A stretch of DNA of 64,000 bases from Rhizophagus irregularis (taxonomy: Eukaryota), in NCBI RefSeq assembly GCF_026210795.1, contig NC_089433.1, forward strand, positions 3,100,001 through 3,164,000, read 5' to 3'. Below, in pieces: positions 33,701-47,352 of this stretch (positions are counted from its first letter, which is position 1; every line of letters starts with the position of its first letter). The notes under the pieces were generated by a model. It did not search any database. It was not told the DNA's origin and worked only from the letters and a program-made list of their open reading frames with translations. A program made the position numbers and the translations under genes.

Positions 33701-35734
33701 GTAATGAATTTACTTTATTTTAATATTTATAATAATTGTATTAATTATGGCAACATTATTGTGACAGATTGTATAAACTCTAGAAGTTTAGAAGAATGTA
33801 TTAATAAATTGGAATCTATAGTTCGCTCTAATAAATGTAAATGTAATTTATGTTTATTCATTATTGTAAGTACAAAAGCTAATTAATTTTTTTGATAGGA
33901 CGGGAAGTCAAAATTGTCGTATTTAAAAATGAAAAAAAAAAACATTTAGTAAACTTTTGAAGTATAACAATAAGAATAGTATCGCATCAAGAGTTAAATT
34001 GAAACATGGGGGAAGCATTGGTCAAAGAGTAAAAAACTACATATTGAAATGAAACGTAAAAAATAATACAGAAGTGATCATCTGGAGTATAATTACAAAT
34101 ACTTCTTTTTCATTTTCACGGTATCTGTGTATCAATAGAATGTAAGTTTATTACTACGGGAATTAAATTAGTTTTTGGTCGTAGAGTTTCTTCGCCATTA
34201 TCACGGTGAATTAAATTGTTTGCTAATTCTACATACCGGAATTAATATATCTAGTTTATATACAATCATTTACTTCGACAATGTAATTCAACAACGTATT
34301 AAACAATAAATATTCCAAGTTAAAATAATACATTTTAGGTTGAATTGATTTGAGATTTTGAGTAAACTATAATAAGTATTGTGTATTTTAAGTAACTTAT
34401 AAATTAAGGCAATTCTGTGACAACTAAATTTTGAGCTTTAAATGTAATTAGATACTCAATTAAATGACAAGACAAAAATTTAATTCGAGTCAGAAAATGT
34501 TAATTGAATTGTCATTCATTAATAATCTGACTAACTGCATCAAAAATAAATAAATCCCTTTCATAAAACTGCAATTTGATTAATAGCTTTGATAATTTGA
34601 AACAGTTATAACGAACTTTACAGAATTCAAAAAAATTTAATCAGAAGTTATTCAGTGAATAAATATAAACCACCTGAATCTCAAATGAATTATGCAAATA
34701 ATCGCTCAATAATTAGCGTTAACTGAAATATAAATAATAAGTATCAAAATGAGGATTAGGGTGTTGAATTAAACGAATCAATTAAATAAACTAATTAACT
34801 AAATTAAACATTTTACAAATATAGAAACCAGACAATTCAATAAGACATTGAAATATAGATGATAATTTTAAATATATCTTTTCAGATGCTTGTAAAAATT
34901 CATGATAGTTTTTTATTTTATTAGACGTATAAATCTACATATTTGGTAGAAATCATCATTTTTTAGCTAACACTTTTATGGAAACATTAGAATTTACTTT
35001 TTTATAAATATGATATTTTATTACAGTCGCCACTGACGTATAAATCTACAAATTTGGTAGAAATCATCATCTTTTAAAAGCTAACACTTTTATGGAAACA
35101 TTAGATTTACTTTTTTATAAACATGATTATTTTGTTCACGACCATTTGGACACTAGTACTTGTGACAATTTATCAATACTAAAAAAATATAAATACTGAT
35201 TTAAAAAGTTTTACTTAGGTAGAGCCTAATCTTCTGAAATGCTGGTATATATATAATTTATGTTTATTTAGTTGAAATTTTTCAATTTACATAGATTGAA
35301 AATCCTTTTACGAATACGCATTAAGAGGATATATTTATTTTTCTTTAATTTTATGTATTGGGGACAAAGAACGAGGGATAGATAAGAGGGAATGGTATAA
35401 TAAATATGAAAGTAAATATTTTTGGTTTATTTATAATGAAAGAAAATGATATTGAAATTTTTTTTAGAAATTAACGAAGAAAATAAAGAAACGGAAAAGA
35501 ATCAGAGAATAATAAGAACAATAAACCATGTGTATGGTGTGTATTAAGGGGAAGGTTTGTTGCATTATGTAGAAAGAAAAAATCGGAGGATAATTTAAAT
35601 CGTGGATATGAAACAAGATTCTATTAAGATAGCTTTTAAAAAGTTTTCCACAATTAAAAATTTTTAATGATTCAATAACAAACATTAAAAATATTTCTCT
35701 TTTCGCAATGATTTTAGTATTTATTGCACATTTA

Positions 35735-36673
35735 CAGTGGTCGAAAAAAGTCCTCGGAATTACAAAAAAATGCAAAAAATGAGCAACCAGTGATCAGAAT
35801 TGCTTCAAATTTTGCAGATTTATTACCAAATATGTGAATATTATGCATACAAAATTTCAGCTGTTTATCTTGCTTTTTTGTCTCGCAATCGTTTTTTTAA
35901 GTTCAAAAAAATAAGTCATCAAAAATTTAACCTACAAAAAATCTGAAATTCTGATATAATATTCAAATTGAAGTTTATTAAAAATTGAACAGTTATAAAT
36001 CATAGTTTATGGTATGATAATTTTAACAAAAAAAATTTGGCCCTTTATTATTTGTTAGTTGTTGAGAAAATTGGAATCAAATTTTATCCACCACAATTGA
36101 TCGCAACTGTTTTCTACCCTTAAAATCAATTGAAAGAACTAAAATTCATAATCAAAGTTAAACTATAATAATTATAAAAAAATTATTGTAAAAACTATTT
36201 AATAATAGATTAATATTATTCAAATATACAAAAAAATTATCAATACAAATAATTTTAATGTACTATGATTTTACTATTTTAATTTTAATGACTTTAATGC
36301 TTTTGAGCCAATTTTTAATCTCACTTTACAGAAAACTGACTGATTAAACTATAATCAAATTTTTTTAATAAACTAATTAGAAATATATTTTTTTATATTT
36401 ATAATTTTTTATTATAAGTATATAAGCTGATTTTTAGTAACTGAACGCAAAATGTTAATCATTTCAAGTTATCGTATTGCTTAAATTTTTAATGATTTTT
36501 TTTTGAACTTAAAAAACCGATTGTGAGACAAGGCAACAAGATAAATGGCTGAAATTTTGTATGCATAATATTCACACATTTGGTAATAAATCTGCAAAAT
36601 TTGAAGCAATTCTGATCACTGGTTGCTTAATTTTTGCGTTTTTTGTAATTCCGAGGATTTTTTTCGACCACTG
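35735..36673. mobile_element. Non-autonomous Tc1/mariner-type element with ~190-bp TIRs
   Basis: TA|CAGTGGTCGAAAAAA ... TTTTTTCGACCACTG|TA; long inverted repeats. Confidence 0.92.
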
Positions 36674-37942
36674 TAGGTCCATTTATTGATATGTCGTATT
36701 GCCAAACGCAGATGAATGTACACGTTAGTAAAGTTTACGCTTCGTAAGATAAATGGAATTTAAATGTTATATAAATCTTCATTGATTTATTATTTAAATA
36801 AAAAAGAAACTAACAGTTAAAAAGGTTTGTGGACTAAACTTTAATCTGTATCATGTGACTCATACTTTCCATCACGTCATACAATTACTAAATAAGTCTA
36901 TGATCGACTAATAATTAACCAATTGGCTAGTACTTCGTGCAGGGTTTGTCTTATTCATTTCAAACTTCAGTCATAGCAGAAGTAGTGAGGCAAATGTTCA
37001 TGGCTAAAATCCAGCTATATTATATTATAAATAGGTTAAAAATTTACAGTTTGATAAATTAAAAAGTAATATTTATTATGTACGATTTTTTTGAAATTTA
37101 ATTTTTGTTATTTCTAGCACATTTATCAAATGTCACTCTAATTTATGATTTATAAAAGTTTGAAGACACCATATTTTTGTCGTTTATAGATGATAGCCAC
37201 CATATAATGATAGATTTTCAAATGCTTTAGTCATTTCTTCAACCAAATTTTGATTTCTTACAACAAATTTTAATTTTCACGTTTAAAATTAAACGATTTG
37301 ACGTGTGATGTGAAAATTATACCATGTGACTTAGGATTGTGTAACTTTATAATTTATAAAAAACGTTTTTTTAATATTATGAAAGTAATTGAATTTCTGC
37401 GAATACTTATATAATTACACCTTCAACAATTGTTTTCCGCATCATTCAGTCCCTTCAAGGAGAATTTCCAAGTTTTGATTTTATAATTTATGAAGCAAAG
37501 AAAGCAGTAGACTGGCCTTATTAAAGATAAAAGACCATGATCGCGAGTGTAAAGTGTATAAAGCGTTTATACTTCATGAAAATATATTGTAACCATGATT
37601 AGTTTGTATTCAATGATGATTTGAATGATGGCTTTTGACGACCAAATAGTATATTAATTTTGTATTTGAGGTCTGAATAGAGTATCATTGATAAAATGTA
37701 TTTTGAATAAAACTTGATAATTGATATTTTGATGATAGCTTTGACGAGCATTGAATATTTTTTGTGTATTTGAGGTCTGAATAGAGTTTCATTGAAAAAG
37801 TTTATTTTGAATTTTAATAATTATTAAAAGAATGTTATAAATATTTACAATTGAGAATAATTAATTAGTTGATATAGATCTTTAAATTAAATTTCATAAA
37901 ATTTTAAAGAAATTAATAGTATTGTTATTTTAAGTTAAAACA

Positions 37943-39040
37943 AGTATATGATTCTGTACAAAGCTTAAATGAAATCGGTGCTTTTGAACATTATAAGGTA
38001 TTTATCTATTTATTGCAGTTGTTTAACTTTGTAAATTTATATAATAATGAGATTTCAAATGTTTTTAGAGTTCCAGTAGTGATGACGAAAGTCCAATTGC
38101 TATCTATAAAAACATTGTTAATTTATTTAATTTAACGTAAGTAATTGATTGTTGATTGAAATCACCTGAATCAGACGAAGATGTAGAATTATGCAACGCT
38201 ATTTTAGATAAATTATCTCTTATTAATATTGAGGAACTTAGTTGGAAGGACCCTGTAGCCAGCCTTGTGCTTGATGAGAATTCGAATCTAATAAAACCCT
38301 TAGATGAGATATCACTGCAGCAATTATCTGTATATTTTTTTTAGTATTGTCTTATCATTTGCGATCTTTCACTGTACATAATGAATGAATTAATTTTATT
38401 ATTGCACTACAATTAGGAGCCAAAAGGCTTTATCTTCCCGAAATTAGAGATGAAATAAATACAAAATGTATTATGCTTCAAATGAGTTCTTTCATAGTAT
38501 TAATTTTTCACCAGTTCCTGTGAAATTTTTGCATGATTCAAAATGGAAGGAGGTTCCTTCTAAACAGAAACAAGTTGTTGATAATATTTTGCTAGTGCTG
38601 TAAGTGAATTTTTTTATTAATTTACTATAATTTGATTAATTTAATTTAACGCTAATTATTTTTAGTAAAGAAGTATGGAACAACCATACTTATTCAGATC
38701 ATAAATTTACCAAAAAATTGAACGAAAATTCATATTTCTCAGATGTAATAAATCCCTTGCTTTGTGCTTCTTTAAGTGGAATTGATCGTGACAACACATA
38801 TTTACCGTGTAAGTATTATTAACAATTAACATTTATTGGCAATTATAACCATTTTTTTAATTGTATTAATAGAAACTTATGTACTTAGAAACTACTCGTA
38901 TTTGTTGTGTATCACAAAAAAAGAAAGATGATTACATGAAACTTTGGCGTCAGTGCAATGATGGAATTACATGAGTTTATAATTCTTGTTCACCTGCAAG
39001 GAATCAATTTTGCTTGTTGGGATTACAAACTTTTGGTACA
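37943..39040 (+). pseudogene. Degraded multi-exon hypothetical gene of an expanded fungal family (possibly restriction-endonuclease-like fold)
   Basis: Exon-like segments WKDPVASLVLD, KLNENSYFSDVINPLLCASL, KKDDYMKLWRQCNDG..QFCLLGLQTFG, with stops. Confidence 0.5.
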
Positions 39041-39139
39041 AATTTAATTAATTTAATTTATCAATTTTATAATTACTTGTGTAAGGTATTTAAATACATT
39101 TTGGCTATTGTACGTGATTTATATTTGAATGCAATCCAT

Positions 39140-39580
39140 AGCGAATCAATTTTTTTAAAAAAATATTCTATACATATTCCGGACATTTTCCGTATTAGAA
39201 GAAAATTATTAATTTTTTTTTTTAAAAAAATTCCATACATATTCCGGACATTTTCCACATTAGAAAATTATTAATTTTTTTTTAAAAAAAAATTCCATAC
39301 ATATTCCGGACATTTTCCGCATTAGAAAATTATTAATTTTTTTTTAAAAAAAATTCCATACATATTTTGGTTATTAATTTTTTTTAAAAAAAATAATTCT
39401 ATACATATTCTGGACAATTAGTAATTTTCTGTACGTATTCTGGACATTTAAAAAATTATGAACAGATGATGTGATTATTTTTTAGGACGAAAAATGGTTA
39501 TTTCCTGGATACGCTCAAATATACCAGGACATTTTCTGGACATTTTGTAGATATTTTCCGGACAATTCTTTTTTATAGGG
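39140..39580. repeat. Tandem TCCGGACA-containing repeats ending in a CCCTATAAAA-type terminus; remnant end of a CMC-type element
   Basis: ~65-bp repeats (CATACATATTCCGGACATTTTCC) and terminal TTTTTTATAGGG; no partner end seen. Confidence 0.6.
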
Positions 39581-40074
39581 GTGTTTATTTTCAAAAAATT
39601 CATAATTTAGATTGGAAGAAAGTTCATACCAATGTAAAAAGATTAGTAAAATACCATCATGTACAATTTATAGAGCAGTTGTAATTAAAGATTGAACAAT
39701 TGGAGTGGTTAATTTAGAGGAAATAAAAGATTATGAGAGCATTTTAATAAAATATAAAAAATTTTTGATTATTAATATTATAATATTTACAGGAATAAAT
39801 TCTTAAGTATGATTTAAGATACGTGGAAAAGTTCTTCTGAGTCAGCAATTTCAAAAAATGAGTATGATTAGTTAAAGGGTGCTCTCTCAATGTTATTTAC
39901 TAGTGCAAAAACTAATACTGTAATGTTCATAATATTAACTCATAGTGGAATTATTTGTCTCACTGGTAAAAAAACACAAAAGCAATAATTTTTTAATAAT
40001 TTAATCTCTTTAATTTTTACAAATTTAAGAATTACATGACACATGTATTGTTTAAGAAAACCTACAAAATCTAC

Positions 40075-41483
40075 TTAAGAAATTTGAAAGAACTCTTTAA
40101 ATTCAGGATCTTGCTCTAATTTTTGCATGTGTTCAATAATTAAGCTTGTACAAGCTTGTATTCCATCATCATATTTAGTTCCAAGTAGGACAACTATTCC
40201 ATCCAAATTTCTTCCTCTTCTCAAGCTAAATCTTAATGGAGTTCCATAACCAAAATCTAAATCATATAATGAAAATTTAGACCAATTGGTCAAGACAAGA
40301 TCTTTGCCACAATAGTAATTACAATTTAATTTAATTTCACTTTTATTTGGTTGTTGCTCAATCCAATCAATTGAAGATCTTATTTTTGAGTCATTTACTT
40401 TATCAATTGCTTTTCGTATTTGAAGTGCAAGATTTGGTTGAGATCCATTTATCAACTCAGAAACAAGCATTTTTGGAACCGCACCTCTAGGAAATATCAG
40501 AAATATAAATATCAAAATTTATCAGTGATTTAAGATAAGACATATCAGTTAACTTACAAGATACAATTACCAAAATAATTTGGTGGAAAGAATGGTTTGA
40601 GTCTTCTTCTTCCATCACAAGGAAATGCACAAATAACTTCTGCATCTAAAGGAATTCCACGTGCTCTAGTTACCAATCTCCAAAGGTGAGCTACAAGTGC
40701 ATCATTAGCTGAAACCAAATTATGTTCACCAGAATAAACATTGCATAATTTTTTTAAATTATCTCTATTAATATGAAATAATTTTGTTATCATCGGTGGC
40801 ATCGGTGGCATCGGTGGCATCGCTTGAGAAGCCTCAGTCGGAAGTTTAAACAGCTTGAATTCAGGATGCTCATGAGTTGGTGGGTTACCACTAGCCTTTA
40901 GTAAAGAACGGTCATGTACAGGTGGAATGATTGGTTCTTGACGAGCCTTACGTCCCCAATTATCTAAAAAACAAAATAATGAGATACCATCTGCAATTGT
41001 ATGATGCATAACCGTTCCTAAAACAACAGATCCATCAGCTAATGTGGTATGTTGTACCATAAGTAATGGCACATCCAAAGGAAGTGATATTAATCCATGA
41101 GTTACAGGTAAATCAGGTACAAGATGATCTGGAATTGAAGAAGGCTGCCAATTTTTTTCTTCAAGTTGTTGAATTGTAATATCTGGGCTTTTGGCTATGA
41201 TAAATGGTATACCTTGATCACAACATGCAATGCTTAATTTACCATCAATTTCTTTTTTTAAACGACCAGCCAATGGATAATAATCAGATAAAATATCTCC
41301 CAATGAATCACGTAGTTTACTAGGATCCATAAAATCATTTTTGTTATCAACATTCTTGTAAAAATGATGAGCAAACATGTAAATCATTGGAAGTATTAAA
41401 TCATGATTAGATAGAATTATTGGTGAATGTTGTGTTGGTTGAGTTGGCCTGACATTATAAGTTTCTTTAATATTAACAGTCAT
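40075..41483 (-). CDS. BAHD/transferase-family CoA-dependent acyltransferase, 445 aa; exons 41483-40558 and 40486-40075
   Basis: YYPLAGRL, HXXXD (HTIADG), YFGNC and DFGYG motifs; a single GT-AG intron splices in frame. Confidence 0.93.
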
Positions 41484-41779
41484 TTTGAACAAAAATTTGC
41501 GGTAAAAATAAGCTATAATTTAGAATAATTTTGTGAATTTATAAAGTTTACGCAGATTTTTCCCAAGCCAAATTAGGTATCGCTATCCACTGATTTTACC
41601 CAACTTGGATTTTCCCGAAATTATTATTATGATCGGACATTTATCAATCTATAGTATAGTGGTGATCCGCTTTTCTTTTCGCAACCAACTCTTATCCTTT
41701 TTTATTTCTTTTCCCCTTACTTTTCATACCGAATTAGTTAAATTTTACTTGTGTGATATATCCCGATTTCAATCTCTAT

Positions 41780-41930
41780 TTGCGAATAAGAGGAAGAAAA
41801 GGAGTTGCGTAAAAACGTGAAGCGGGTAATGGACGTTATTGTTGAATTATTAAAGGATAGGATAGATGTTGAGAAGGAACCAGCGATGAAAAGGCAATGG
41901 GTTCAGGGGTACAGTATTTCGAAAAACAGG
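41780..41930 (+). pseudogene. C-terminal fragment resembling Glomeromycota Crinkler-like proteins
   Basis: EEEKELRKNVKRVMDVIVELLKDRIDVEKEPAMKRQ; family resemblance recalled, not searched. Confidence 0.45.
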
Positions 41931-42049
41931 AGGATTAATCGTGTATACAGTCCCCGATTGATACTGATGTGATCATTTCCATTTTAATGTTAAAAATAAG
42001 CTATCCGAATTTAAGCTTTTTTTAACTTTCACTAAAAAAAACTTTTTTT

Positions 42050-43230
42050 TATCTTTTTTATTCCGAAAGTTTCTGAAGTTTCCTTTACTTCGGAAACATT
42101 TTTTTTTATCTTTTTTATTAGGGAATCGGCTCCAAAGTGGATAGCCGAATTCCAAGGTAAGTTTCGAAAATAATCTTCGAAACCTTTAAAAAAAACGTTT
42201 CTAACTTTTTTTTATTTCTTTTTTGTAGGAATCGGCTCCAAAGTGGATGGCCAAATTCCAAGGTAAGTTTCGAAAATAATCTTCAAAACCTTTAAAAAAA
42301 AACGTTTCTAATGTTTTTTTTTATTTTTTTTGTAGGAATCGCTCCGATGTGGATAGCCGAATTCCAAGGTAAGTTTCGAAACTAATTTTTGAAGCTTAAA
42401 GAAAAAACGGTTTTAACGTTTTTTTATTATGATTTTGTAGAAATCGGCCCAATAAGGAAGGAATCCGGTGAGTTTTCGAAGTTGGACTTCGAAAACTTTT
42501 AATAAAAACGTATACTAACATTTTTTATAATTGTTTTTGTCGGAAACCGGCTATAACGTAGATACCGGAAGTCTACTGAAGATAAGGAAACTGGCCCATC
42601 TTGGATACCAGAATTCCAGGTAAGTTTCCGAAGTTATTTTTTCGAAAACTTTAAAAAACGTATCTTAACATTTTTTATGACTTTTGTAGGAAATCGGCTC
42701 CTAATATACCGAATTCCGTGGTAAGTTTCGAGATTTAATTCAGAAAACTTTAAACTAACGTTTCTAACGTTTTTTTTTTATTTCACTTTTGTAGGAAATC
42801 GGCTCCGGCGTGGAATCCAGAATCCAAAGTGAGTTTCAAAAATAATTTCGAAACTTTTTTTTTTAAAAAAAAACGGTTTTAACGTTTCTTTCATTTCTTT
42901 TTTATAGGAAACTGCTTCGGCATGGATAATCAGCAGGTAAGTGTTAGGGGGTTTTTAAATTATTTTTAAGAAACGTTCTAACCATGATCACGTTATGTTG
43001 TAGTACAAATTAAGAAAAGTTCGAGCGAACTTTTCTTAACCATGATCACGTTAAGTTTCTTTCTTTAATTTTATAGGTTTCGGCTTCTTTAGGCGTGAGT
43101 AATCAGTAGATGAATGTTTATAGGGAAGTTTCGAAATTATCTATAAGAGACATTCTAACATTTCTTTCTTTAATTTTGTAGGTTTCGGCTTTTATGGGTG
43201 GATATGAGGTGGATCGGTGCAAAAAAAACT
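42050..43230 (+). repeat. Array of ~10 related micro-exon/intron units
   Basis: Repeating CTAAC, T-rich tract, TAG | G(A)AATCGGCTCC...AATTCCAAG | GTAAGT units of ~105-115 bp. Confidence 0.75.
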
Positions 43231-45104
43231 GCATAGGGATTTTTGGTGGATTTTGGCAGGGTTTTTTGTAGATTTTTAATAGGGTTTTTTGGAGGGTTTT
43301 GGATGAGTTTTTTGGTAGGTTTTTGGGTTTTGGTGGGTTTAATTTGCTAATTTGTATCATTTTTTACAAAATATGATTTTAATAAAAATATTAAAAATAT
43401 TTCAAAATCTGTAATATCAATTTGCTAAATCGTAATGTTGATTTTGTTAAATCGGAATTAATTCAGAATGTTGATTTGTAATGATTTAGTTCCGAATTTG
43501 TATTCCGATTTGCTGCCAATCGGAACTTTTTAAATTCGGAACTTTTAACCCAAAATCGACCCAAAATCGACCTAAAATCGGACATCCGATTTCCAGCCGA
43601 TTGCACCATTTTGACCGGTGAAAACTATTTTTTTATTTTATTTAATTTTTGCTATCAAAGAAATGTTTTCACAACATTCTTATTAATATGGTTTCTAAAA
43701 AAAGCAAAGTTTTTGTTAACATAACGTCATGAAATGCATTTATTATCAGCTAATTAGAATCTAACTGCAAGTTATCGATGTGAATTCGAAATCACATGCT
43801 GTGCTCTCAGATACCAGTTCCAAAACTTTCGCAAAATCTGATTCAACAAAGTGTTACGTTATAAATACATACCAGTCAGCGGAAATGTCAGGTTTTTTTG
43901 GCTGACTTGTTTTTTGCTAATTAAAACATATTATAATCAATAAATAGTTCTAATATAACATGATTTTTTTTCTAGATAATATACTATGAACCTTAATAAA
44001 CTTTTATTTTTTGAACTTTTCTCTATCTATTTTAATAATTTTTTTAATAATATAATAATTGTATAAAAAATTTCCATTACGCCAACTTTTTTCATTTTTT
44101 TTAGTTTCAACCTCCAGATGCAACTTATTAATGGAGAATAAATATTATTTTAATTGCTCGAATATATGTAAAATTTTATGGAGAATCGAATTACTTAATA
44201 CGACAAAGGCGGTTTCATTAATAAAATCTGGTGTTTTTAAAATTTCAGTTTTTCAAAAAGTTAACTAATAATAACTTTGTAAAAATTACATAATAAAGTA
44301 TTAATTTATGGACATAAAAAGAATCTTAGATATAAATTATATATTATAGCAAAATAATATTAATTTGTCTAAATATATATATGTATTGATATTTACAAGC
44401 TTAGCAATTTTCATATATTAAATTAATTGTAAAGAGTTGCTATTAGTAAAAGTACTTCATTAATTATTTAATTTTAATAAAGGTTGAGTAAATAATATGA
44501 AAAATGGAAAATAGCGGTAGTTTAATTCATAAATTCATCGATTATCCGTTAAACGCGAAAAATAATAGTACTGTAGTACAGTACATAGCGCAATTAGCGC
44601 ATGCACTGCGCATGCCATGTGACACTACCGAATAATCAAAAATGATACATTTTTTTCAATAATCAAAAACGATACATTTTTTTTTCAACAATAGTTTGTA
44701 CAACCCACTTCTTTAATCAAAAAGCATCACCTCCTTAATAAAAAACGATATATTTGCGAAATTAACAGCCATCGGAAATGTCGCATCACTTGTCGATCAT
44801 TAATTAAAATAATTTTCACCCCTTAGCTAAAAAGAGAAATTTCTAATACAATGCTTATACAAATTAAGGGAACTAATATAGTTCGTCATGTGTATTTTAA
44901 ATTTTCTATGGGGTGCCGTAGGCATAATCAAGTGCATGATAATTTTGCATTCAGGTTAGATAAAACCTTCCGAATTTTATAATTCGTAAATCTCGAAAGA
45001 CCAAAATACCTTACTAAATTGGGCCTATAATGTTTCATGTAACAAGTAATTATATAAATATACTGTCTGTACAGTACCTACAGCATGTACTTTTAAACAA
45101 AAAA

Positions 45105-47352
45105 ATGTTTATATCAATATTTTTCGTTATTATCTTGATTGTTGTTATTAATTTCATTCGTAAAATTAATAAAAAACCTGAAGGACTTGAGAGTATTCCA
45201 AATGTTTCTACATTAGAAATATTGTGGGCCAATTTACAACAAAAAAACTATGATGAAATTGAGGATTTAATTCAAAGACGTTCAGGAGACCATGGAATTT
45301 ATTTTGTAAATATCAATGTCACCCATTTTTATCTTAATTTCTCTTATTTATTAAAAAATATATATTTATTTACTTTTATAGAGTTACTTCGGCTCAGTAA
45401 GTATCGCAAGCCCTGAATATGCTAAAATTTTATTGACTGAATCAGGTAATTTGTTTTTTTAATGTGCGGTACAGTTAAAACATAACAAAACGTTCCCTTA
45501 AATAATTAAAATTATTTATTAGAGGATGATGCTACCAAATTCGAACCAGATCCTGGTAGTTTTTTAGATAAATTTTTCGGGTCTGGATTACCATTTGCTA
45601 ATGGAGATGTATGTAATCTCGACTTCGATTTTTATAAGCATTATTCGCGTTAATGCCGTTATTCCCTAAGTAGAATCGTTAATACTTAAAGTAATATTGA
45701 CTATTTTATAGAAATGGAGAACTCATAGGAATTTAGCGAATTCTGCATTCAATATTGCCTTATCTCCAGAAATTGTTGGTGAAACTACGATGGACCTTTT
45801 TGCTTTCATGAAACCAAAATTAAATCGACCAATTGATGTATACGAAACTATGCAACGTGTTACAATTGAAGCATTGGGAAAATTGGGCTTTGGACATAAG
45901 TTTGGAGTAAGAGTTGGAAGATATATATATTTCTTTAGTACTAATTATTACAATCTAAAAAAGATTATATTTTAGTGTTTAGAATCCGAAGGAGTTTCTC
46001 ATCTTATAAGTTCTTATAAATATGTTGTTTCAATTGTTGGATCTCCTCTCTATCGTATGGTTCCATGGGTAGATAAATTGCCTTTAAAATCTAACAAAAA
46101 ATACTTGGATGCACTCAAAGAATTTGATGGATTCATTTATGATGTTATAGAAGCAAGGAGAAATGAGATTAAGAAAAATTCTTATAATGGTCGTGATTTA
46201 TTAACGAGCATGTTAAAACTTACTGAACGAGAAGAAATTAATACCGATATAAAACAATTAAGGGATGAGTTGGCGAGCATTTTTGCTGCAGGACATGATA
46301 GTAAGTTTAAAATTGTGCGTTGTAGTACGTACATATTAGATTAAATTAGGACATAAATTTCTGGGGACAGAAAATTTATTTATGAATTACAAAGATCTTT
46401 ATTTAAAATTTCAAAAAAATTTTTTTTTTAGGCACTTCAATAGCATTGAGTGTTTCGCTTTATTTTCTTGCAAAATATCCAGTAAGTGGTAAATTTTTGT
46501 GGTTGATTTTTCAAAATTTACATCTTTTCATTAATTTGTTTGTAATTCAAAATAAATAGGAAATGCAAGAAAAAGCACGAGCAGAAGTAATTAATATTCT
46601 TGGTAACGAACCAATTATACCAAATTCAGATCAATTAAAGGTACTATTAAGCCATTACTATAATTTATTAATTTTCACATTTTACAATTTTACTGTATTT
46701 TACTCATATATATTATGTGTACTGTATATAACTATATATATTAGGAATTGAAATATGTCAATGCAATTATTAAAGAATCTTTACGAGCTTATCCACCGGC
46801 ACCAATAATAACTGCTAGAAGATTAAATAAGCCAGTTAAGCTTGGCCCCTATACTCTACCAACAAATACTATATGTATGGTAAATGCTTGGCAAATTCAT
46901 CATAATCCAAAATATTGGAAAAATCCTAATCAATACGACCCTGAAAGATTTTTAAGTAGCGAGAAAAGACACGCATATTCTTGGGTTACTTTTTCTTCTG
47001 GTCCAAGAAATTGGTATATACAGCATGTACTTCTTTTTACAAATATAAAATAATTTTACCACATTTTAAAATTAAATTTTTTCTTAAAAACATATAGTGT
47101 CGGACAAAATTTATCTTTAATGGAACAAAGAATTATTCTTTCAATGATCCGTGAGTAAAATATATTTAAATTGCTTAATTTATTTATAGTTGAACCAAAT
47201 AAGTAATTTATATCATTCCTTTTAAAGTGCTCAAATATAAATGGACTCTCCCTGAAAATAGCATTAATAAGGACAAATTATTATTAAACGCTCAGTTCTT
47301 ACTAACCCCCCGCGATCTAAAACTTGTATTTACCGAAAGAATTAACAAATAA
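45105..47352 (+). CDS. Cytochrome P450 monooxygenase, 10 exons, apparently intact
   Basis: N-terminal membrane anchor, WRTHR, AGHDSTS I-helix, ESLR (ExxR), PERF, FSSGPRNC|VG heme motif; all introns GT-AG and in frame. Confidence 0.94.

Noticed and set aside
28968..35035. CTGACTGTA at ~28995 and TACAGTCGCC at ~35023 as ends of one element
   Set aside because: They face outward and are isolated remnants related to the 1985-2509 family
39961..43620. CACTGG at 39961 and CCGGTG at 43620 as ends of one element capturing the BAHD gene
   Set aside because: Flanks TCT and AAA do not form a TSD, and there are no matching subterminal repeats at the left end
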